Program-made: the position numbers and the translations under genes
In this document: positions 56,894 to 64,000 of the stretch, in pieces
How the letters are laid out: every line of letters begins with the position of its first letter
Position numbering within the stretch: the stretch's first letter is position 1
The notes under the pieces: generated by a model
Database searches by the model: none
What the model saw: the letters and a program-made list of their open reading frames with translations, nothing else
Told to the model about the DNA's origin: nothing
Assembly (NCBI GenBank): GCA_964416765.1
Contig: CAYQEU010000001.1
Span: forward strand, 65,675-129,674
DNA: 64,000 nucleotides
DNA from: an uncultured Candidatus Saccharibacteria bacterium
Lineage (GTDB): Bacteria; Patescibacteriota; Doudnabacteria; UBA920
Direction: 5' to 3'

Positions 56894-58708
56894 CTAGTTG
56901 GTTATGGCATAAGACCCGGGAACAAACTCCCACGATCCGCCGGGGCCGCTATAGAAGTTTTCACTGACAAGGCCGCTGTCATAAGTTAGGGTAGCGCCGC
57001 CGTCCATGGTAATTTGTTTTGCGGTGATCGCTTTCAAAACCGCGCCGCCGCTTATATGGACGTTACCATTTTGTGCTACCAAAGCCACTGTACCGGAACC
57101 GCCCGAAAGGGAAATGGCGTCGTTGCCGTTGCAGCCCGGCGCCACGGGGCAAGCGCTGGTGGTGATGACAAATGGGTAACTTCCAGCTGTACCGGAACCC
57201 TGAAAATCTGAGCCCCCACTAAGTACTACATATCCGTCTGTTACCAGCACCCCGCTATTGCTGCCATATGAAGAAGCTAATTTAACTTTGCCTCCACTGG
57301 TGATGGTTACACTGCCTTGCACCCAAAGGCTGCCGGTCAGGGTTAATGTGCCGCCACCATTCACGAGCAGGTTGCCGGTGATTTTTTTCGGACCAATGGT
57401 GGCTCCGGCAAAACCAACAGTGTAGTCTCCAGTAATAGTGCCGCCTGCTTCAGCGTCATCTTTCCAGTCCTGGATGTTGTTGTCGGAGAGAGGTAAAGGG
57501 GTGGACGGGGGAGAAGAACGGCTGGTGTCGCAGGATTTGCTTGTAAAGCTGGAAGTTTGGCAGTACAACGGGCCGGTGATAGTTGCTCCCATAACGTTAT
57601 ATGCCCAAGCGACATCGGTCGAAGTCGTTCCGACATATACGCCCGTATTGTAGCTGTTGCCACCAATCATGGAGCTGCCGCCGCCCAAGTAAACCCGGAA
57701 ATAACCATCTAATCCGCTGGGACTCGTTGCCGACCAACTTCCGCCGTAGCTACCGAGCTTTCCTTGTCCATTAGCGTAGCCGTTTGAGTTGGCTCCAATG
57801 ATGTAGTATTTGGTGGAGCTGGTGCTCCCGTCTAATACCACCCAGTATGTTTGGGAGGGGTCGAGTACCGGAGTGGTAGGGAAAGTAGCGCTGACCCAAC
57901 CAAAATTGGTTGTTACCGCAGAAGCGGAGATGGTTCCACTCATGAGCTGGGTATTGCTCGGGCTTCCGGAGTTGTCGGTAACAATGCGAACCGTTAGATT
58001 GCCCGGAGTGCTGACCTTTTTGAGATAAAACGCGATATTATTTAAAGGAGTGGCCGCGGATATCTTAAAACTCTGTGAGAAATCCTGGGTGGCCGCGGCG
58101 TCACCAAAAGTAATGCAGGTGGAACTTGTGCAGGAAGATATAGTTGATGGCACATCATTGGTTTGGTCCGCGACCAGTGCCGGGGGATCGGCGGCAACAG
58201 CACTTCCCGTAATATGGACACCGGTAGTGGCGCTAATGGTGCCATTGGAGTACACATTTCCGTTAATGGTAGAACCGCCGGTTAAGGAGAAACCGCCCGT
58301 TCCGGCCTGAACCCCGTAGCGGAAGGAGATTACTGAAGAGTTTATGCCCACATTGGCACGCACGGTCTTAGAGGTGGTTTTGCCTTTGAACGTTGATGTC
58401 CCTGTTGCCACAATGGCGCGTGTTTGGGAATCGATAGTGGACACGGCAATGGTAACCGTACCGCCTCCAACAGCTGTGTTGGTTTCGCCGGTATAACTAA
58501 GGTTCTGGTTAAGCTTAGACACAGCGATGTCCAGCCCGGCGTCGGCTAGTTGCAACGCTTGTGCGCTGGAAACAGTAGTTCTAGCGCTTTTTACGCTGGT
58601 TGAGACGTACTGCAGTAGTACCGCTGAAAGCGACAAGATGATGGCAAAAAATACAATTACGACGATTGCCACGTAACCATTTTTTTTGAAGGGTAGTTTG
58701 AGCTTCAT
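56894..58708 (-). CDS. PilX-like minor pilin / pilus-tip protein with large beta-rich C-terminus
   Basis: KNG|YVAIVV prepilin-like N-terminus, QAL.LADAGL..A, Gly/Ser/Thr-rich repeats. Confidence 0.75.
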   Translation of the reverse strand: MKLKLPFKKNGYVAIVVIVFFAIILSLSAVLLQYVSTSVKSARTTVSSAQALQLADAGLDIAVSKLNQNLSYTGETNTAVGGGTVTIAVSTIDSQTRAIVATGTSTFKGKTTSKTVRANVGINSSVISFRYGVQAGTGGFSLTGGSTINGNVYSNGTISATTGVHITGSAVAADPPALVADQTNDVPSTISSCTSSTCITFGDAAATQDFSQSFKISAATPLNNIAFYLKKVSTPGNLTVRIVTDNSGSPSNTQLMSGTISASAVTTNFGWVSATFPTTPVLDPSQTYWVVLDGSTSSTKYYIIGANSNGYANGQGKLGSYGGSWSATSPSGLDGYFRVYLGGGSSMIGGNSYNTGVYVGTTSTDVAWAYNVMGATITGPLYCQTSSFTSKSCDTSRSSPPSTPLPLSDNNIQDWKDDAEAGGTITGDYTVGFAGATIGPKKITGNLLVNGGGTLTLTGSLWVQGSVTITSGGKVKLASSYGSNSGVLVTDGYVVLSGGSDFQGSGTAGSYPFVITTSACPVAPGCNGNDAISLSGGSGTVALVAQNGNVHISGGAVLKAITAKQITMDGGATLTYDSGLVSENFYSGPGGSWEFVPGSYAITN

Positions 58709-58709
58709 G

Positions 58710-59279
58710 TTATTGATTTTGTAAATAGAGGGTTTGCTTTAATTCGTGGCTGGCGGTGGCGTGGCCTTCGGTTGCGCTCATGATGATGTCAACATCAACC
58801 CGGGTGGCGGAGGAAGGGGTGCCATTATCGTAAGTAAATGTTACGGACGAGGCGGTGTCGCTCAATTGTTTGGTAACAGTTTTTCGCGTGCTGGAAGCGT
58901 AAGCGGAAACCTTTTCATAAAGCTTGCCGCTGCTAATATAAAAGACTACATAGTCATATTCACCGCTTATCAGGCTTCCAGAGCTGTCCACCGCCGGCAT
59001 TTTCATAACCAAGTTAGTGGAGTTGCTGGTATAGGTAGTACCTGAGAAAACATAACTGGAAACTACGGCGCTTGCCTGTCGGGCGTAGCTTTGCAGTTCA
59101 TTGCCCGCCTGTGACGCCGATACAAGGACCCGGGCGCTGGTTTGTTGGGCTTGAAATACCTTATTGTAATTATCAAACAGCAGGAACAGCACGCCTACTA
59201 GCAGGGATGCAATCCCGATAGCGACAATCGTTTCGATGAGGGTAAACCCTTTTTGGGCTGGGGGAGTATGGCTCGTCAT
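58710..59279 (-). CDS. Prepilin-type minor pilin (PilW-like)
   Basis: QKG|FTLIE cleavage/methylation motif; ATGA overlap with the upstream gene. Confidence 0.85.
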   Translation of the reverse strand: MTSHTPPAQKGFTLIETIVAIGIASLLVGVLFLLFDNYNKVFQAQQTSARVLVSASQAGNELQSYARQASAVVSSYVFSGTTYTSNSTNLVMKMPAVDSSGSLISGEYDYVVFYISSGKLYEKVSAYASSTRKTVTKQLSDTASSVTFTYDNGTPSSATRVDVDIIMSATEGHATASHELKQTLYLQNQ

Positions 59280-59665
59280 AACCCTCCATTGTTGGCAATC
59301 GCCGTGGTTAAGGTTACAGTTTGGTTTCCTGAGCGGGGACTGTTCCACTGTACCGTTACGACAACCTGTTTAACGGTGGCGGAAAAATCGGTAACGGTGA
59401 GTGACCCGGAACCCGAAGGCAGCTGGTTCAGCTCGGTGGAACTAAAACTTCCGGTTGAGGGGAGGGAGGCATAACCACCCTGTCTCAGTGAATCAATCTC
59501 ATTCTGGGCTATGCGCAGCGCCAGTTCTTCATTGTCGGACTCCCGGGTGAGTGTCAGGTTGTTGGCGGTGCCCTGGTAAAGCAGCGCGATTACCAAGAGC
59601 AAAGCCACGGCTATGATTATCTCCACTATTGAGATTCCGGATTGTGAATTTTGTGTTAGTTTCAT
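59276..59665 (-). CDS. Minor pilin (PilV-like)
   Basis: QSG|ISIVE, A..IAQ.EI..LR, V.VTV.W. Confidence 0.82.
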   Translation of the reverse strand: MKLTQNSQSGISIVEIIIAVALLLVIALLYQGTANNLTLTRESDNEELALRIAQNEIDSLRQGGYASLPSTGSFSSTELNQLPSGSGSLTVTDFSATVKQVVVTVQWNSPRSGNQTVTLTTAIANNGGL

Positions 59666-59796
59666 AAATCTTAAAGCTGCCTAAATTATAACACCTTTTG
59701 CCGGTTTAGTCGGTGGCCAAATATGCGATTTTGTGCTATAATTAATGTAGAAAACTGCCCTGAACGCGAGCAGTAATTCTGTTTTTTGAAACAAAA

Positions 59797-61533
59797 ATGT
59801 CCAACATCGAACTTAACAAACTACTGAAGAAGAAAAAGATCGTAACAGACGATAGTTTGGCCACTCTACAAAGCAATTGGCACGCCGTTAAAGTCCCTAC
59901 TCCCTGGGAAGATTTTTTGGTCGACCAAAAAGTGGTAACCGAAAAGCAACTCCTCGAGCTAAAAGCGGAAGACTTAAAGGTCCCGGTAGTGGATTTGTTC
60001 AATGAGGACATTAAACCTGATGTGTTAAGCCTGGTTCCTGAGCCCATTGCCCACCGGCATAAGATTATTGCTTTTGCCAAAACCAAGGACCAGCTTTCCT
60101 TGGCCATGGTTGACCCAACTGACCTCCAAACCAAGGAATTCATCCAAAAGAAAACCGGTTTGGAAATTGCCGTGTTCCTCATTGGCAAATCTTCTCTGGA
60201 ATACGGCCTGTCCAAGTACCACACCAACCTGGAAGGGGAAATAGACAACCTTGTCACTGAGGGCAAAGACAGCAGTGCCGCGCCGGGAACCCCGGATGAC
60301 TTGTCCAAGATGGCTTCGGAAATTCCGGTAATCCGTGTCGTAGACACTCTTTTGGAATACGCGGTAATTGAAAAAGCTTCCGACATCCACATTGAGCCAC
60401 AGGAAAACTCCGTTGCCGTTCGTTACCGTATTGACGGCGTTTTGCATGACGTGATGACCCTGCCTAAACTGATCCAGCCAGCACTGGTGGCTCGCATCAA
60501 AGTTTTGTCCAACCTTAAAATCGACGAACACCGCTTGCCGCAAGACGGCCGCTTCAAGATTGAGAAAGAAGGGTATAAGTTTTCGTTGCGTGTTTCCACT
60601 ATCCCCATTTTTGACGGTGAAAAAGTCGTTATTCGTCTTTTGGATGAGTCCAGCAAAGCCATGAGCCTGGAACAGCTGGGCTTCCTCGAGAGCCAGCTGG
60701 AAATAGTGACGCGTAACATCAAAAAGCCGCATGGGATGCTTCTGGTAACCGGACCTACCGGCAGTGGTAAGTCAACGTCCCTGTACGCTATCCTCAGTAT
60801 CCTCAACACCAAGAGCGTAAACATTTCGACTATTGAAGATCCGGTTGAATACCGCATCGTGGGTGCTAACCAAATGCAGGTTAACCCGAAAATCGGCTTG
60901 ACGTTCGCCCTGGGGCTGCGCGCTTTGCTCCGCCAGGATCCTAACATCATTATGATTGGGGAAATCCGTGACCGCGAAACCGCGGAGGAAGCCATGCACG
61001 CGGCCATGACCGGTCACATTGTTTTGTCTACTTTGCACACTAACTCAGCTGCCGGGGCGTTGCCGCGTTTGGAAGACATTGGTTTGGAAAGTTATTTGAT
61101 CGCGTCCACCGTTAACGCGGTTATGGCCCAGCGACTGGTCCGGGTCATATGCCCGGATTGTAAAAGCCCGGATAAGCCGACGGCCGACGTGGTGGCAACA
61201 CTGCGAAAGCAATTCGACCTGGAAAAACTGCTGGGAGTAATTACCCGGGAAAACCCTGACATCAAAGCCAAAAAGTTCGAAGATTTGCCCTTCTTCCGGG
61301 GTCACGGCTGTGAAAAATGCAACAACACCGGCTACAAAGGGCGTATTGGCATCCATGAATTGCTGGAGGTTACTCCGGAAATTTCGGAGATGATTGTTAA
61401 GCATTCTACTACTCAGCAAATCCAGGAAGCCGCTGAAGAAAAGGGTATGGTACTGATGTGGGAAGACGGATTTATCAAATGTGTTACCGGAGTAACTACC
61501 ATTGAAGAAGTGCTGCGCGTCAGCAAAGAATAG
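59797..61533 (+). CDS. pilB: Type IV pilus assembly ATPase PilB/GspE
   Basis: ASDIHIEP, RLPQDGR, GPTGSGKST, TIEDPVEY, LRQDPNIIMIGEIRD, LHTN, tetracysteine motif. Confidence 0.95.
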   Translation: MSNIELNKLLKKKKIVTDDSLATLQSNWHAVKVPTPWEDFLVDQKVVTEKQLLELKAEDLKVPVVDLFNEDIKPDVLSLVPEPIAHRHKIIAFAKTKDQLSLAMVDPTDLQTKEFIQKKTGLEIAVFLIGKSSLEYGLSKYHTNLEGEIDNLVTEGKDSSAAPGTPDDLSKMASEIPVIRVVDTLLEYAVIEKASDIHIEPQENSVAVRYRIDGVLHDVMTLPKLIQPALVARIKVLSNLKIDEHRLPQDGRFKIEKEGYKFSLRVSTIPIFDGEKVVIRLLDESSKAMSLEQLGFLESQLEIVTRNIKKPHGMLLVTGPTGSGKSTSLYAILSILNTKSVNISTIEDPVEYRIVGANQMQVNPKIGLTFALGLRALLRQDPNIIMIGEIRDRETAEEAMHAAMTGHIVLSTLHTNSAAGALPRLEDIGLESYLIASTVNAVMAQRLVRVICPDCKSPDKPTADVVATLRKQFDLEKLLGVITRENPDIKAKKFEDLPFFRGHGCEKCNNTGYKGRIGIHELLEVTPEISEMIVKHSTTQQIQEAAEEKGMVLMWEDGFIKCVTGVTTIEEVLRVSKE

Positions 61534-61535
61534 CC

Positions 61536-62747
61536 ATGGCTACATTTACTTACACCGCCGTTAGTAAAGAGGGGACCAGGGAAACTGCCACGATTGAAGC
61601 GAGCAGTTACTTAGCGGCGGGCCACTTGCTCAAGGAGCGCGGATTGCTCCCGGTGGAGCTCGAAGAAAAACACGAGAAGAGCATGATGACGTGGCTGCGG
61701 AATTCCAGCACCGTCCCGTTAAAAGAAAAAATTGCTTTTATTGATGACATGCACCTCATGCTTAAGGCCGGCATTCCAGCACCACGCGCCCTGCGCATCA
61801 TTACCAAACAAAGCAAGAACAAAAAATTCAAAGGGATTCTGGACAATATGGCCAGCATGGTGGAACAGGGAAAAAGTTTGCACGAAGCCCTGGCGGAATA
61901 CCCGAAAGTTTTTTCTAATATTTTTATCGCGATGGTCAGGGTGGGGGAAATGTCCGGTGAACTGGAAGAAAGCCTGAAATACTTGGGCATTCAGCTGGAA
62001 CGTGAGCACGATTTAAAATCCAAAACGCGCGGCGCCATGATTTACCCGTCGGTTATCATCAGCGCCATGGTGCTGGTTGGTATCTTTCTCGCTATTTTTG
62101 TTTTGCCCAGCCTGACCGCGACTTTTAAGGACACCAATACCGAACTCCCGTTGGCTACCCGGATTGTTGTCCATATATCCGATTTTGCCTCCGGCCACCC
62201 GGTTATGATATTCGTAATTTTGGGCGGCTTGATCGTGGGATCCATTGCGGCTTTGAAAACGAAGAAAGGGAAGCGCGGGTTTCACTGGTTCCTGCTCCAC
62301 ATGCCGGTCATAAACCCGATTGTGAAGAAGATTAACCTCGCCAGGTTTTCCCGGATTTTAAGCTCCATGCTGAAGTCCGGAATTTCCATCGTTGAGGGAT
62401 TGCAGGTCACTTCGGACGCGATGGATAATGTATACTATAGGGAAGTTCTGGCCATGACCGCTAATAATGTAAAACTGGGCAAACCGTTGACCGCGGCGTT
62501 GAGCGAAAACCCAAAATTATTTCCGATTATTATCACCCAAATGCTCGAAGTAGGGGAGGAAACCGGCAATATTGAAGAAATTTTGATGCAACTGGCGGAA
62601 AATTTTGAAATGGAAGTCGATGACACCATGAAAAACTTATCTTCCATTATCGAGCCTCTTTTACTGCTGGTAATTGGTGTTGTGGTCGGTTTCCTCGCGC
62701 TCGCGCTCATCAGCCCAATCTATAATATTGGACAAAATATCCAATGA
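61536..62747 (+). CDS. pilC: Type IV pilus platform protein PilC (GspF family)
   Basis: GE.SG.L, AMIYP, VGEETG, IEP.L. Confidence 0.94.
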   Translation: MATFTYTAVSKEGTRETATIEASSYLAAGHLLKERGLLPVELEEKHEKSMMTWLRNSSTVPLKEKIAFIDDMHLMLKAGIPAPRALRIITKQSKNKKFKGILDNMASMVEQGKSLHEALAEYPKVFSNIFIAMVRVGEMSGELEESLKYLGIQLEREHDLKSKTRGAMIYPSVIISAMVLVGIFLAIFVLPSLTATFKDTNTELPLATRIVVHISDFASGHPVMIFVILGGLIVGSIAALKTKKGKRGFHWFLLHMPVINPIVKKINLARFSRILSSMLKSGISIVEGLQVTSDAMDNVYYREVLAMTANNVKLGKPLTAALSENPKLFPIIITQMLEVGEETGNIEEILMQLAENFEMEVDDTMKNLSSIIEPLLLLVIGVVVGFLALALISPIYNIGQNIQ

Positions 62748-63808
62748 AGCTGCTCCACTTATTTGAAAAGAAAAAATCTACTTTTGGCCTCCATTTGAAT
62801 GGGACGGCTTTGAAGTTTATCCAACTGGAACCGGAAGGCAACAAAGAAAAGATTGTGGCCTATTCCAACGTTCCGCTACCTCCCAACCTTATTTCCAACG
62901 AAGACATTCTAAACCACGACGGTCTGGTCCGTTTGGTGGAACAAAGTTTGCTGCACCCGCAGTTTGGCAGGCTGACGACTAACCGCGTTGTGTTTAGCAT
63001 CCCGGAATCGAAGTCATTTGTCCGGGTAATTCGCATGACTGCCATGTCGGACACGGAATTGGCCAATGCCGTGTTATTCGAGGCGGAAGCTTACATCCCA
63101 ATGCCCATGGACCAGGTTTATTTTGATTACCAGGTTTTGCGCCAAGACGCGAATGGTATGGACGTGCTGCTGATTGCTTCACCGAAAGAATTCGTGAACA
63201 AGTACATTGATGTACTGGAAGCGGCGCACCTCACAATTGAGGCAATCGAAGTCGAGTCACAAAGCGTGGTGCGCACTCTCGTTCCCAGGGCTGACACAAC
63301 CAACGTCCTTATTGCCGACCTCGACGCTTACAAAACAGCGCTGGTCATGGTGATCAAGGGGAATTTGCAATTCACTTCTTCTATCCCGATCGCGGGGAAT
63401 ATTTTTACTGACCGAATCGCACAGGGTCTGGGCGTTTCAAAAGAACAGGCTGAAGAAATAAAACGGGAACAGGGTGTGATGAACACGGAAGCCTACCCCA
63501 ACATGGAAACTTACTTGCTTCCAGTTGTAAACGACCTTGGCGCGGAAATCAAAAACATCCTGAAGTTCCATTACGAGCACTCAAAGGAGCAGGTAACCGA
63601 GCTGCTGCTTTGCGGCGGCACGGCCAAACTGAAACACATGAACACTTTCCTTGCCAAAGGCATGAATGACATTCCTAATTTCCGGGTCAAGATCGCCGAT
63701 CCATGGCAGCATATTGTTCCCACTGACTTATCGGTTTTAAACTCTTATGAAGCGCTGAGCTTCACCACGGCCATCGGGCTTGCTTTGCGGGGAAGGAGCG
63801 ACAAATAG
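62744..63808 (+). CDS. pilM: Type IV pilus assembly protein PilM
   Basis: Actin-like fold: EAEAYIP...VYFDY, AG..FT..I, LLCGG.A.L, AIGLALR. Confidence 0.9.
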   Translation: MKLLHLFEKKKSTFGLHLNGTALKFIQLEPEGNKEKIVAYSNVPLPPNLISNEDILNHDGLVRLVEQSLLHPQFGRLTTNRVVFSIPESKSFVRVIRMTAMSDTELANAVLFEAEAYIPMPMDQVYFDYQVLRQDANGMDVLLIASPKEFVNKYIDVLEAAHLTIEAIEVESQSVVRTLVPRADTTNVLIADLDAYKTALVMVIKGNLQFTSSIPIAGNIFTDRIAQGLGVSKEQAEEIKREQGVMNTEAYPNMETYLLPVVNDLGAEIKNILKFHYEHSKEQVTELLLCGGTAKLKHMNTFLAKGMNDIPNFRVKIADPWQHIVPTDLSVLNSYEALSFTTAIGLALRGRSDK

Positions 63809-64000
63809 ATGCGGATCATCAACCTTCTACCCAAGCAAAAACAGGAAGAATTGCACTACGAAGCGCTCTACCACAGCCTGCTGACCGCCGCCGTTTTTGG
63901 CGTCGTTACCATGATGGCAGTAGTACTATTGGATGTCGGCCTTGGGGTGTATTTGCAGAACCAGGAGAAAGCGGTATCCGTCCAAATTGAGCAGGTAAAG
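63809..64000 (+). CDS. pilN: PilN-like protein, 3'-truncated by the window edge
   Basis: MRIINLLP (INLLP motif) followed by a TM helix, directly after pilM. Confidence 0.8.
   Translation, partial: MRIINLLPKQKQEELHYEALYHSLLTAAVFGVVTMMAVVLLDVGLGVYLQNQEKAVSVQIEQVK

Noticed and set aside
1-64000. Alternative genetic code (TGA = Gly, as in Gracilibacteria/Absconditabacteria)
   Set aside because: Conserved genes are full length under code 11, and TGA ends comEC, pilC and the ATGA-coupled genes.

Overview
A 64 kb, gene-dense bacterial chromosome segment using the standard genetic code (TGA is a stop). The gene set and protein styles point to Patescibacteria/CPR, Parcubacteria- or Doudnabacteria-like (inference). 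Housekeeping genes: dnaJ, topA, dprA, pth, der, lepB, rpsU, ftsA, ftsZ, nrdR-nrdJ, btuR, hisS, comEC, ndk, rel, mutM, groES/groEL, rpmF, nusB, HU, and three tRNAs (Lys-TTT, Gly-TCC, Pro-TGG). An envelope block follows: an S-layer-like protein, a MacAB-type ABC system, a large adhesin and type IV pilus genes. No integrase, transposase or CRISPR array was seen. The most notable observations are: (1) a two-part histidyl-tRNA module, with a full-length but catalytically degenerate HisRS that keeps its anticodon-binding domain, plus an intact hisS of a different subtype under a His-His-His leader-peptide attenuator; (2) two orphan promoter-driven structured RNAs (about 10790-10990 and 38920-39112) and a structured ~540 nt leader before the S-layer-like gene; (3) a 970-aa GHKL ATPase + HExxH metalloprotease fusion next to tRNA-Lys; (4) at least eight genes with a leaderless -10-N6-ATG start, while four orphan genes carry perfect AGGAGG sites. 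All calls come from reading motifs by eye; no database search or RNA folding program was run.
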